64,000 bases of DNA from Anaeromyxobacteraceae bacterium (lineage in GTDB: Bacteria; Myxococcota; Myxococcia; Myxococcales; Anaeromyxobacteraceae): the NCBI GenBank assembly GCA_032654565.1, contig JAULAX010000017.1, forward strand, positions 416,001 through 480,000. Reading direction: 5' to 3'. Within the stretch, counting starts at the first letter, position 1, and each line of letters begins with the position of its first letter. Under the pieces are notes generated by a model that worked only from the letters and a program-made list of their open reading frames with translations, did not search any database and was not told the origin of the DNA. Both the position numbers and the translations under genes were made by a program. Shown one piece after another: positions 7,514 through 19,458 of the stretch.

Positions 7514-8259
7514 TGGAAGCCATCCTCCAGGGGTTGCTCGACATGGCCGGCGTCAACGCCGCGGTCCTCTACGACGGGGCCGGGCGGCTGCTGTCCCACC
7601 GCGGCAAGTCGGTCTACGACCGGGCCCTCTGCGAGCAGGTGGGCGGCCCGCTGGCCCGGGCCATCGACTCGCTGCAGCTCCAGCACGACGACTGGGAGAC
7701 CGCCTCGGCCCAGTTCGCCGACGGCACCCTGCTGCTCCGCCGCCTCGAGACCACCGCCGCCGGCCCCTGCGTGCTGGCGCTGGTGGCCGACGCCACGCTC
7801 AACCCGGCCTTCGCCACCGTGGCCATCCGGGTCTCCTCCTCCAAGCTGAAGCGGGCCCTGGACGGCGGCGCCTCCTCGTCGGCGGTGGGGACCGGCCAGG
7901 GAGCGGCCTCCCCGGCGGCGCCCGGCCCCGGCGGCTCTCAGGTGGGCCACCCGGCCGCCGGTTCGCGGCCGCTGCTGGCCAGCTCCGGCCTGAGCTGGTC
8001 GCGGACCGGCGCCGGCGCGGTGCTGGCGGTCGACCAGCCCTCCTCCGACTTCCTCACCACCTGCGCCCGCGAGCTGGCCCGCCACGTCGGCCCCATGTCC
8101 AAGATCTTCGTCGAGGAGTCGGTCCGCAAGGTCTGCCCCGACGTGCCCTTCTCGCTGGCCGCCGGCCGGGCGCTGGCCGACGAGCTGGCCAGCCGGATCG
8201 ACGACGCCGACGACCGGCAGGCCTTCCTGGCATCGCTGAAGAAGTCCGGCGGCAAGTAG
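7513..8259 (+). CDS. Roadblock-like N-terminal domain, linker and small helical C-terminal domain
   Basis: TAATG coupling to the upstream gene; MEAILQGLLDMAGVNAAVLYDGAGRLL; C-term ELARHVGPMSKIFVEESVRKV. Confidence 0.7.
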   Translation: MEAILQGLLDMAGVNAAVLYDGAGRLLSHRGKSVYDRALCEQVGGPLARAIDSLQLQHDDWETASAQFADGTLLLRRLETTAAGPCVLALVADATLNPAFATVAIRVSSSKLKRALDGGASSSAVGTGQGAASPAAPGPGGSQVGHPAAGSRPLLASSGLSWSRTGAGAVLAVDQPSSDFLTTCARELARHVGPMSKIFVEESVRKVCPDVPFSLAAGRALADELASRIDDADDRQAFLASLKKSGGK

Positions 8260-8281
8260 CCCCACCGAGCGGAGACCCCCC

Positions 8282-9199
8282 ATGTCACTCGCCAGCACCA
8301 TTCGCAGCCGGCTCAGCCTCAAGATCTCGCTGACCCTGGCCATCCTGCTGCTCCTGCTCACCTCCGGCGCGGCCGCCATCATCACCATCACCCGGACCCA
8401 GCAGATGGAGGAGATGACCCTGGAGAAGGCCCGGCTGGCCGCCGCCACCGGCGCCCGCCAGTTCGGCGACACCTTCGACAACGCCATCGACTCCAGCCTG
8501 CTCACGGTCAACGACGTCTTCGACCGGTCCTACGTGGAGATCAAGGGCTGGAACTGGGGCGAGAAGCCCAAGTTCCACACCCGCTTCGACGCCTTCTGCG
8601 ACCGGGCGGTGCTGGTCTTCCAGGACCGCTTCCTCGACGGCGGGGACTTCATCTACGCCGTGGGCGTGGACATCAACGGTTACCTGCCCACCCACAACAC
8701 CAAGTTCCAGCAGCCGCTCACCGGGATCGCCGAGAAGGACCTGTCCGGCAACCGCACCAAGCGGGTCTTCAACGATCCGGTGGGCATCGCCTCCGCCAAG
8801 AACACCGAGCCCGGCTTCCTGCAGGACTACGCCCGCGACACCGGCGAGCGGATGTGGGACGTCTCCAGCCCCATCTTCGTCAAGGGCAAGCACTGGGGTG
8901 GCTTCCGCATCGGCGTCTCCATGGAGCGGATCGCCGCCAGGCAGCGGACGCTGATCTTCACCCTGGCCGGGATCTTCGCGGCCTTCGCCCTCATCACCAT
9001 CGCCACCATGTACCTGGTGGTGGAGCAGGCCATGCGCCCGGTGGCCGACCTGACCGCCGCCGCCGACGCCATCAGCATGGGCGACGGGCTCGACACCCCC
9101 ATCAAGTCGCAGTCCACCGACGAGATCGGCCAGCTCACCAAGACGGTGGAGCGGCTGCGCGTCAGCATGAAGGCGGCCATGAGCCGCCTCGGCGGGTAG
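8282..9199 (+). CDS. Membrane receptor: TM, extracytoplasmic sensor domain, TM, HAMP; no output domain
   Basis: Two hydrophobic helices; sensor GYLPTHN...QPLTG...NRTKRVFND...YARDTGE...GKHWGGFRIG; HAMP RPVADLTAAADAISMGDGL...DEIGQLTKTVERLR ending at the stop. Confidence 0.85.
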   Translation: MSLASTIRSRLSLKISLTLAILLLLLTSGAAAIITITRTQQMEEMTLEKARLAAATGARQFGDTFDNAIDSSLLTVNDVFDRSYVEIKGWNWGEKPKFHTRFDAFCDRAVLVFQDRFLDGGDFIYAVGVDINGYLPTHNTKFQQPLTGIAEKDLSGNRTKRVFNDPVGIASAKNTEPGFLQDYARDTGERMWDVSSPIFVKGKHWGGFRIGVSMERIAARQRTLIFTLAGIFAAFALITIATMYLVVEQAMRPVADLTAAADAISMGDGLDTPIKSQSTDEIGQLTKTVERLRVSMKAAMSRLGG

Positions 9200-9206
9200 A
9201 GGAGAC

Positions 9207-9842
9207 ATGACCATGACCCGGACCACCACGCTGCTCGCCTCGCTGCTGCTCGCCACCGCCCTCGCCCCCACGGCGGGGGCCGCCCAGGCCAAGCCCACCA
9301 CCGCCCAGCTCGACCTGCTCAACACCCAGGAGAAGGAGATGCTGGGCGTCGCCCAGGACTTCGCCCGCCGCGTCAGCGAGACCATGGACGCCTGGCTGGC
9401 CGCCAAGGAGGTCACCGAGGAGCGGCTCTTCTCCTTCCTCTACTACCCCATGCCCAGGACCGACCCGCCCAAGTTCACCACCGACTGGGATCGGCTCGCC
9501 GACCGGGACGTCCAGGGGATCGAGGAGGCGGTGCTGACCCGCTCCCAGGTGCTGGTCTTCGCGGTGCTGGTCGACAAGCACGGCTACCTGCCCACCCACA
9601 ACCTGCGCTACTCCCAGCCGCTCACCGGCAACCTGGCCAACGATCTCGTCAACAACCGCACCAAGCGCATCTTCAACGACAAGACCGGGCTGGCGGCCGC
9701 CAAGAGCGTCGCCCCCTTCCTCATCCAGCGCTACCAGCGGGACACCGGCGAGACCATGGTGGACCTCTCGGTCCCGGTCTACGTCCGCGGCATGCACTGG
9801 GGCGCGGTGCGGCTCGGCTTCCGCTCGGTCGAGGCGCGCTGA
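9207..9842 (+). CDS. Secreted/periplasmic protein made of the same sensor domain as 8282..9199
   Basis: GAGGAG RBS; Sec signal peptide (TTTLLASLLLATALAPTAGAAQA); GYLPTHN...QPLTG...NRTKRIFND...YQRDTGE...GMHWGAVRLG. Confidence 0.85.
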   Translation: MTMTRTTTLLASLLLATALAPTAGAAQAKPTTAQLDLLNTQEKEMLGVAQDFARRVSETMDAWLAAKEVTEERLFSFLYYPMPRTDPPKFTTDWDRLADRDVQGIEEAVLTRSQVLVFAVLVDKHGYLPTHNLRYSQPLTGNLANDLVNNRTKRIFNDKTGLAAAKSVAPFLIQRYQRDTGETMVDLSVPVYVRGMHWGAVRLGFRSVEAR

Positions 9843-9849
9843 CCGCGGC

Positions 9850-11298
9850 CTACCTGGCCTTCCCCACCGCCGGCGGCTTCCAGGAGCCGTCGAGCGCCGA
9901 GGGGGCCCGCTCGCGTGGGCCGAAGAGCCGCAGCACCAGCGCGTAGCGCCCCTCCGGCACCTGCAGCCAGTTGGGCTCGCGCCCCTTGGGCGGGTCGGCC
10001 TGCAGCAGCAGTTCGAGCGAGCCGTCGCGGCCATAGTGGAACTTGGCCCGCGAGGTGAGCTGGCCGCGGCCGGCCTTGGCGGCCAGCGGCGCCCCCCGCT
10101 CGTCGTAGGCGGTCAGGGTCCAGAGCACCTCGGCCGGCGGCCCCTTGCCGCGGGTGAAGCGGAGCGCCCGGCGGACCTGGCCGTCGAGCGGCTTGCCGGC
10201 GCCGTCCACCTCGGCGGTCAGCACCACCCCGTCGAGGGCCCGGTCGGCACCGGCCGCCACCCGGGCGGCCCGTCCCAGGTGGCCGGGCGCCGCGGTCCCC
10301 ACGCCGGCGACGGTCCAGCCATTGACCGGCGCGGCCGGGGCCGCGGCCGCCAGGATCCTCTCCTGCGCCGCCCGGGGCACCCCGGCCAGCGCCTTGATCA
10401 CCGAGGCGTCGAGGCCGCTGGGGTCGAAGTCGCGGCCCGGGACCAGCCCGATGCGGGCCAGGGTGGGCAGGACGGCGGCGTCGGCGGCGTCGGGCGGGTT
10501 GGCCTTGAGCAGGGTCGCCAGCAGCTTGAAGTAGACCACGGCGTCGAGGGCGTGGACCTGCTCGAGGATGGGCGTCTTCTGGTCGAGCGAGGCGTCGGGG
10601 CGCCCCAGCGGAGGCTGGTACTTCTTGGGGTGGGCCCCCAGCGGCAGGAGCGTGATCCGCTCCAGCCAGCCCTGCGCCTCGGCCCGGTCGGCGGGGGTCC
10701 CGGCGGCCAGGGCCCGCCCCTCGATCCGGACCAGCGCCGTGGGTGACCGCACCTGGCGCACCCCGGCCGGCAGCTTCCCGCTCCAGGCCTGGCTGGTCAC
10801 GGCGACGCGGGCGGCGCGCCCCTTGCCCCCCTTGCCGCCGCTGCTGTCGAGCGTCTCGTTCCAGGCCGAGCGGATGGTCACCACGTGGAAGCGCCCCCTG
10901 GCGTCGGGGAGCGAGAGCAGCCAGGGCTCGGCGCCGACGTCCAGCCAGGCCTCCACCGCGACCTCGTCGAGCGAGGCTCGCGGCGCCAGCTCGGCCGGGG
11001 CGGCCGGCGCGTGGACCAGCTGGCCCATGGGGGCCTGCCGCCCCGCCGGCCGCTCGACGTTGGTGGCCACCCGGCGCGCCAGCTCCGCGGCCACCAGCGG
11101 GTACCCGAAGACGTAGGCCTCGACCGCGGCGTCCAGCGCCTCCTTCTCCCGCTCCGCCTCGCGGGCGACTGCGGCGGGCGGCCGCTCACCGGTCTTGGGC
11201 GGCGTCGGCGGCGGCGGGGGCGGCTTGCAGGCGGCCAGCGTCAGCGTCAGCGCCGCGACCCGCAGCACCCCATGCAGCCCGCGCGTCGATCGAACCAT
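9850..11298 (-). CDS. DUF1254/DUF1214-family lipoprotein
   Basis: Lipobox LAAC; AVEAYVFGYPLV, WLDVGAEPWLLSLPD, DGSLELLLQ...NWLQVPEGRYALVLRLFGP...LDGSWKPP; start could be GTG 11268. Confidence 0.75.
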   Translation of the reverse strand: MVRSTRGLHGVLRVAALTLTLAACKPPPPPPTPPKTGERPPAAVAREAEREKEALDAAVEAYVFGYPLVAAELARRVATNVERPAGRQAPMGQLVHAPAAPAELAPRASLDEVAVEAWLDVGAEPWLLSLPDARGRFHVVTIRSAWNETLDSSGGKGGKGRAARVAVTSQAWSGKLPAGVRQVRSPTALVRIEGRALAAGTPADRAEAQGWLERITLLPLGAHPKKYQPPLGRPDASLDQKTPILEQVHALDAVVYFKLLATLLKANPPDAADAAVLPTLARIGLVPGRDFDPSGLDASVIKALAGVPRAAQERILAAAAPAAPVNGWTVAGVGTAAPGHLGRAARVAAGADRALDGVVLTAEVDGAGKPLDGQVRRALRFTRGKGPPAEVLWTLTAYDERGAPLAAKAGRGQLTSRAKFHYGRDGSLELLLQADPPKGREPNWLQVPEGRYALVLRLFGPRERAPSALDGSWKPPAVGKAR

Positions 11299-11496
11299 GG
11301 CCCGTGGCCTCCCCGACGCCGCGACGGGCACCTCCCGCCAGCGACCTCGAACTTCCGGTGGGGGAGCTTACCGGACCGAGGCCGCAGGACCACGCGATTT
11401 CCACGGTCCCGGCGCCCCCGGGCGCGTCGACAACGCCCGGCCCCCGTGGTTATCTCGACGGGTCGAAGCGGTCGGCGCCACGGCGAGGTGCAGCGA

Positions 11497-14400
11497 ATGG
11501 TCGAGGCCACCCTAGAGTCCCCGTTCTCCGGCCTGGCGGCGCGCTGGTCGGCGGTCGCTCCGCCCGATCGCCCCCTCGAGGAGGCCACCTGCGGGACCCT
11601 CTCCGCCGTGACCCCGGACGACCTGGCGGCGGTCGAGCCGGTGGTGGCGGCGCTGCTGGGGAGGCTCGACGCCGAGGCGACCCGCCCCGGGGCCCGCCGC
11701 GCCCTCTTCGCCCTGCTCGACGGCGCCCGGCGCCGGGGCTTCACCGAGGCGCTCACCCCGGACCAGGTCGACCCCTGGCTGCGCCTCCTGCTGCCGCTGG
11801 TCCGCCGCATCAACTTCACCGTCGGTGAGCTGCTGCGCTCGCGGGAGGAGACCGACCCCAAGGTGGTGGCCATCCGCACCATCGGCCCCGACCCCACCGA
11901 GCTGACGGTGGCCGAGGTGGCGCGCCGCACCCGGTCGATCGCCCGCGGCCTGCTGGCCATCCTCGGTGACCAGCCCGAGACCCGGGTGGCCATCCTCGCC
12001 GAGAACGGCCTGGAGACCGCCCTCTGCGACCTGGCCTGCCTCACCAACGGCTTCGTCGACTTCCCGCTCCCGGCCAACGCGGTGGCCGAGCAGGTGGTCT
12101 ACATGCTCCGGCACTCCCGGGCCCAGGTGCTGCTGGCCGGGGACGAGGAGCAGGTCGCCAAGGTGCTGCCCTCCCTGGCCGGGCTCCCCGACCTGAAGGC
12201 GGTGGTGGTGTTCGACGCCACCTGCGCCGAGCGCAACGGCCTGCTCTCGCTCGACCAGATGATCGGCCAGGGGGCCGGGTTCGACGAGCCGCTGCGGGCG
12301 GCGCGGGCGGCCCGGGTCAAGGTCACCGACATGGCCACCGCCATGTACACCTCGGGCACCACCGGGAAGCCCAAGGCCATCATCTTCACCCACGAGAACC
12401 TGGTCTCGAAGCGGCTCTGCCGCGGCCTGGCGCTGCCGGAGGTGGGCGAGGGCGACGTCTTCCTCTGCTACCTGCCGCTCTACCACACCTTCGGACGCTG
12501 GCTGGAGCTGATGGGAACGCTCTGGTGGGGAGCCACCTACACCTTCGCGCGCTCCACCGCCCAGAGCTCGCTGCTCGAGGACTTCCGCACCGTCAAGCCG
12601 AGCGTCTTCATCTCCGTCCCCAAGAAGTGGATCGAGCTGCAGGAGGCGGCCGCCTGGGAGGCCGCCAGCGAGGACGAGGAGGAGACCGCCGGTCACCTGC
12701 GGGTCATCACCGGCACCCGGCTGCGCTACGGGCTCTCGGCGGCCGGCTACCTCGACCCGGTCATCTTCAAGAACTTCCACCAGGCCGGCGTCGAGCTCTG
12801 CTCCGGCTACGGGATGACCGAGGCCACCGGCGGCATCACCATGACCCCGCCGGGCGGCTACGTGGACGGCTCCATCGGCGTCCCCCTCCCGGGCATCGAG
12901 TGCCGGCGCGCCGACGACGGGGAGCTGCTGATCCGCGGCGTCTACGTCTCCCCCGGCTACCTCGACCCCGGCCCCGACGAGGCCGGCGCGCACGAGCCGG
13001 ACGGCTGGTTCCACACCGGCGACCTGGTCAGCGTCGACGACGGCCACTTCCGCATCGTCGGCCGCAAGAAGGAGATCTACAAGAACCGCGCCGGGCAGAC
13101 CATCGCCCCGGCCCGCGTCGAGAACCTCTTCCGCGACTTCGAGGCCATCGGGCAGGCCTTCCTGGTCGGCGACCACCGCGACTACAACACCTTGCTGGTC
13201 TGGCCCAACTACCAGCAGCAGCCGCAGCTGCGCGACCTCACCGGGGAGCAGCTGCGCAACCTGATCTCCTCGCTGGTGGCCAGCGCCAACCGCTTCCTCG
13301 CCCCGTTCGAGCGGGTGGTCACCTTCCAGGTGCTCCCCCGCGCCCTCGACGTCGAGCACGGCGAGCTGACCCACAAGCACTCCTACAAGCGCGAGGAGGT
13401 GGGGAAGGCCTGGAAGGAGCTCATCGACAAGATGTACGAGCAGAAGCACCTGGCCCTGGCCATCGACGGCTGGTTCCTGCGCATCCCCAACTGGGTGCTG
13501 CGGGAGATCGGGGCGCTGCAGCACGAGGTCTCGCTGCAGGACGGCGTGCTCCGCGCCGGCGACCGGGCCCTGGCGGTCGGCCCCGACGTCGCCGCCCTCG
13601 GCTCCTTCCGCCTCGGCGACCTGGCCTACGCCTCGGACGGCAACGTCATCGACCTCGGCATCCTGCTCTCCCGCCCCGCCCTCTGGCTCGGCAACGAGGC
13701 GCTGCGCCGCTTCCTCGGCGACGAGGCCTTCCTGGCCCTGGCCGCCAAGCGGCGCAAGGGCGGCGGCGAGTACCGCATCGACCCGCGCGACTGGCGCGGC
13801 CCGCCGCCGGAGCGGCTGGAGGCCCTGCTCGAGCTGGTGGACCGGGCCGAGGTGAGCTTCCTCTCCATCCACGCCGCCGCCGAGCTGCTCCGCGCCGAGC
13901 GGCCGGAGGCGCGCCGGGCCATCGGCCACCTGCAGCGCGGCCTGACCGCCGCCTCGCCCGAGCAGGCCCGCCTGAGCCGGGCCCTGCTCCGCCGCGCCGC
14001 CGACGCCCCCGACGAGGACGTCCGGCGCCGCGCCTTCCGGGTGCTGCTGCCCAACGAGGACCCGGCCCTGACCCTGGAGACGCTGGGCAGCTTCCTCGAC
14101 CGCATGGAGGCCATGGCGCTGCGCGACGAGGACCTGGCCGACCTCGGCGAGCGCGGGCTCTCCGACGCCCAGGTGCTGCGCCTGCTCGGCTTCCTCTCCT
14201 CCGACCGGGCCAACGGCCCGCTCTCCGATCCCTCCGACCGGAAGCTGCTCATCGGCGTGATGCGGCTGCTCACCGCCACCGCCATCGCCCACCCCGCCTA
14301 CTTCGCCAGGGTCCGGGTGCCGCTGGCCCGCCTCACCCTCCACGAGGACCCCGGCATCTGCGCCCGCGCCGGCGAGGAGCTGGACCGGCTCCGCCGCGGC

Positions 14401-16152
14401 TTCTCCAACTGGGTCGGCCCCAACCTCCGGCTGGCCATCGATCCCCAGACCGGCAGCGAGTACGGCTGGAGCGACGTGCTGGTCTTCGAGCCCTCGGTCT
14501 CCGAGGCCGCCTGCCGGATGCTCCTGCAGGCGCTCTCCGACACCACCGTGGTCCGGGCCTCGGTCTTCCTGCTGGGCCGCGGCGTCCTGCTCTCCCTGGC
14601 TGACATCCCCCCCGGCGGCGCCGTGGTCAGCCTGCTGGGGCGGCAGCACGGCAAGGCGGTCTACCGGCTCTCCATCCACACCCGCTCCCGCGAGGTCTTC
14701 GACCTGGCCATCAACGTGGCCGAGGAGCTCTCCTTCGCCCAGCTGCGCGACGAGGTGAACTGGCTGCTGGCGGCCGGGGCCCCGCCGCCGCTGGTGGAGC
14801 AGTTCGGCGGCTACTTCGGCGAGTGGGGCATCTTCACCGAGGAGTTCATCCCCGGCAACGACGTGGAGCGCCAGGTGGCGCGGCTGCTGCGCCAGTCGGA
14901 GGGGAAGCGGCTGGAGCTGCTCTGGCCCTTCGTGGCCTGCACCGCCCTGGAGCTGCACGTCCGCTTCTGGGACCGGGCCGGCCGGCGGCTGGCGCTGCGC
15001 CTCCCCTCCCCGGCCGCCTTCATCGTCCCGTCCCACGACTACCAGACCGGCGCCCGCCTGGTCTCGATCGCCGACCGCTCCGCCTGCAGCACCCTCGACG
15101 ACCTGCTCGACCGCTTCCAGCAGAGCTTCCTCGACCGGGTGGAGAGCTCCCTCCCCGAGCTGCGGGGCAAGCTCACCGACGCCATGCAGCTGGCCGCGGT
15201 GGTCGAGGCGCTGGGCGTGGAGCGGGCCATCCCGGCGCTGGAGGAGGCCGCCAGCGGCAAGCGGGCCATCGCCGTCGCCTCCTACCTCGACCGGCTGCGC
15301 GCCGAGGGGCCCACCCCGCTGCGGCTCTTCTTCGCGGTCCGGCGCTTCAAGCGCTGGCTCGAGGTCAACCCCCGGGCCACCCCGGAGGCGCAGTCCAAGC
15401 ACCTCGGGGAGCAGTGGGGGACCTACCGGCTGGGGGAGCTCGAGACCCAGTGGCCCGACACCCGCATCCGCTTCTTCCGCCAGACCGTCTTCGCCGAGGC
15501 CCGGCCGGAGCTGGGGGCCGCCCTCGACCGGCTCATGCAGCGGATCCGGGCGCTGCCGGCCGGCGCGCTCGACCTGGCCGAGCAGGTGGCGGCGCTGCGC
15601 ACCGCGGTCAAACCCACCGAGGCCGAGGACCACGACCTGGCCCGCATGACCTACCGCTACCTCGGCCCCGCCGAGCAGGTGGCCCTGATCTCCATGCCCC
15701 ACGGCGATCACTACACCGCCGAGGTGGTGGTGGCGCAGGCCGCCAGCGACGGCAGCCGCTACACCCTGCGCGGCCCGGTCTCGCCGCGCGAGGTGGCGCG
15801 GCTGCTCCACCTCTTCCACGAGTCCAACCTGCAGGTGGCCTTCTCCACCGAGCACGAGTTCCTGCTGGCGCTCGACGCCAAGGACTCGGTCCTGGCCGGC
15901 CTCTTCTACCGGCCGGTGGCGGCCGGGCGGGTCCACATGGAGAAGGTGGTGGTGGGCCGCAAGCACCGCTCCAAGGGGATCGCCGACGGGTTGATGCGCG
16001 ACTTCTTCCGGCGGCTGCGGGCCCGCGGGGTCTCGGCGGTGGAGACCGGCTACTTCCAGCCCGAGTACCTGAAGCGCTTCGGGTTCCGCACCGATCCCTC
16101 CTCCGGCGGCCTGGTCCGCGACATCGACGCCGACGAATCCTTCGAGTGGTAA
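11497..16152 (+). CDS. Large fusion protein (1551 aa): long-chain acyl-CoA ligase-like AMP-binding domain, helical region, kinase-like segment, C-terminal GNAT acetyltransferase
   Basis: YTSGTTGKPK, GYGMTE, GELLIRG, GWFHTGDL, IVGRKKEI; FGGYFGEWGIFTEEFIPG; GNAT motif VHMEKVVVGRKHRSKGIADGLMRDF...YLKRFGF. Confidence 0.8.
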   Translation: MVEATLESPFSGLAARWSAVAPPDRPLEEATCGTLSAVTPDDLAAVEPVVAALLGRLDAEATRPGARRALFALLDGARRRGFTEALTPDQVDPWLRLLLPLVRRINFTVGELLRSREETDPKVVAIRTIGPDPTELTVAEVARRTRSIARGLLAILGDQPETRVAILAENGLETALCDLACLTNGFVDFPLPANAVAEQVVYMLRHSRAQVLLAGDEEQVAKVLPSLAGLPDLKAVVVFDATCAERNGLLSLDQMIGQGAGFDEPLRAARAARVKVTDMATAMYTSGTTGKPKAIIFTHENLVSKRLCRGLALPEVGEGDVFLCYLPLYHTFGRWLELMGTLWWGATYTFARSTAQSSLLEDFRTVKPSVFISVPKKWIELQEAAAWEAASEDEEETAGHLRVITGTRLRYGLSAAGYLDPVIFKNFHQAGVELCSGYGMTEATGGITMTPPGGYVDGSIGVPLPGIECRRADDGELLIRGVYVSPGYLDPGPDEAGAHEPDGWFHTGDLVSVDDGHFRIVGRKKEIYKNRAGQTIAPARVENLFRDFEAIGQAFLVGDHRDYNTLLVWPNYQQQPQLRDLTGEQLRNLISSLVASANRFLAPFERVVTFQVLPRALDVEHGELTHKHSYKREEVGKAWKELIDKMYEQKHLALAIDGWFLRIPNWVLREIGALQHEVSLQDGVLRAGDRALAVGPDVAALGSFRLGDLAYASDGNVIDLGILLSRPALWLGNEALRRFLGDEAFLALAAKRRKGGGEYRIDPRDWRGPPPERLEALLELVDRAEVSFLSIHAAAELLRAERPEARRAIGHLQRGLTAASPEQARLSRALLRRAADAPDEDVRRRAFRVLLPNEDPALTLETLGSFLDRMEAMALRDEDLADLGERGLSDAQVLRLLGFLSSDRANGPLSDPSDRKLLIGVMRLLTATAIAHPAYFARVRVPLARLTLHEDPGICARAGEELDRLRRGFSNWVGPNLRLAIDPQTGSEYGWSDVLVFEPSVSEAACRMLLQALSDTTVVRASVFLLGRGVLLSLADIPPGGAVVSLLGRQHGKAVYRLSIHTRSREVFDLAINVAEELSFAQLRDEVNWLLAAGAPPPLVEQFGGYFGEWGIFTEEFIPGNDVERQVARLLRQSEGKRLELLWPFVACTALELHVRFWDRAGRRLALRLPSPAAFIVPSHDYQTGARLVSIADRSACSTLDDLLDRFQQSFLDRVESSLPELRGKLTDAMQLAAVVEALGVERAIPALEEAASGKRAIAVASYLDRLRAEGPTPLRLFFAVRRFKRWLEVNPRATPEAQSKHLGEQWGTYRLGELETQWPDTRIRFFRQTVFAEARPELGAALDRLMQRIRALPAGALDLAEQVAALRTAVKPTEAEDHDLARMTYRYLGPAEQVALISMPHGDHYTAEVVVAQAASDGSRYTLRGPVSPREVARLLHLFHESNLQVAFSTEHEFLLALDAKDSVLAGLFYRPVAAGRVHMEKVVVGRKHRSKGIADGLMRDFFRRLRARGVSAVETGYFQPEYLKRFGFRTDPSSGGLVRDIDADESFEW

Positions 16153-17298
<1,146 letters not shown>

Positions 17299-17371
17299 GG
17301 TCGCCTCGCCCCCGGTCCAGGTCGGCGCCCCGGACCACCCCGTGGCCGGTGCGCCGGGGCGCGGCGGTGCC

Positions 17372-18223
17372 GTGAGATCCCGCCTGCTGCTGCTGGCCGC
17401 CGCGGTCCTCTGGTCCTCGGCCGGCGCCGTCATCAAGCTCTCCCGGCTCGACGCCTGGCAGCTGGCCGGGGGGCGGGCCCTGGTGGCCGCCCTGTTCCTG
17501 GCCGCCGTGGTCCCCTCGGCGCGGCGGCGCCCCACCGGCGGGCTGCTGCTGGTGGGGCTGGCCTACGCCTTCACCACCGTCCTCTTCGTCATCGCCAACA
17601 AGCTCACCACCGCCGCCAACGCCATCTTCCTGCAGGACACCGCGCCGCTCTGGGTGCTGCTCCTCTCCACCTGGGCGCTGGGGGAGCGCCCCAGCCGCGG
17701 CGAGCTGCTCTCGGTGCCCGTCTTCGGGCTCGGGCTCGGGCTCTTCTTCCTCGACCAGCTCTCCCCGGGCCAGCTGGCCGGCAACCTGGTGGCCCTGGCG
17801 GCCGGCGTCGCCTTCGCCGCCTCCATCATCGGCCTGCGGCGGCTCGGGCCCGAAGGCCCCGCCGCCCTGGTCTGGGGCAACCTCATCGCCGCCGCCGTCA
17901 CCCTCCCGCTCTGGCCGTTCGGACCGGCCGCCGGCGCCGCCGACCTCGGCGCCATCGCCTTCCTCGGCGTCTTCCAGCTCGGCCTCGCCTACCTGTGCTT
18001 CTCGCTCGGCCTGCGTGGCACGCCGGCGGTGGAGGCCTCGCTGCTGGTGCTGCTCGAGCCGGTGCTCAACCCGGTCTGGACCTTCCTGTTCGCCGGGGAG
18101 CGGCCCGGCCCCTGGGCGGTGGCCGGCGGCGCCATCATCCTGCTGGCCACCGCCTGGCGGACGCTGCAGCCCTGGCTGCTGGAGCGGCGCGGCGCGAACT
18201 CGACCCGTCGAGCCGGGGCTTGA
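17372..18223 (+). CDS. EamA/DMT-family transporter
   Basis: About 10 TM helices; [38 protein letters not shown]. Confidence 0.85.
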   Translation: MRSRLLLLAAAVLWSSAGAVIKLSRLDAWQLAGGRALVAALFLAAVVPSARRRPTGGLLLVGLAYAFTTVLFVIANKLTTAANAIFLQDTAPLWVLLLSTWALGERPSRGELLSVPVFGLGLGLFFLDQLSPGQLAGNLVALAAGVAFAASIIGLRRLGPEGPAALVWGNLIAAAVTLPLWPFGPAAGAADLGAIAFLGVFQLGLAYLCFSLGLRGTPAVEASLLVLLEPVLNPVWTFLFAGERPGPWAVAGGAIILLATAWRTLQPWLLERRGANSTRRAGA

Positions 18224-18234
18224 TAGAAGGGTCC

Positions 18235-19454
<1,220 letters not shown>

Positions 19455-19458
<4 letters not shown>

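Noticed and set aside
2794..8511. 1905-aa minus-strand ORF (likewise 11512..17535, 2007 aa, and the 5' extensions of 31009..35454 and 31714..35520)
   Set aside because: Antisense shadows of real genes caused by high GC3; no motifs; the opposite frames carry the recognisable domains
10885..11496. 204-aa N-terminal extension of the AMP-ligase ORF
   Set aside because: Overlaps the divergent lipoprotein gene and is low-complexity; ATG 11497 follows GAGG
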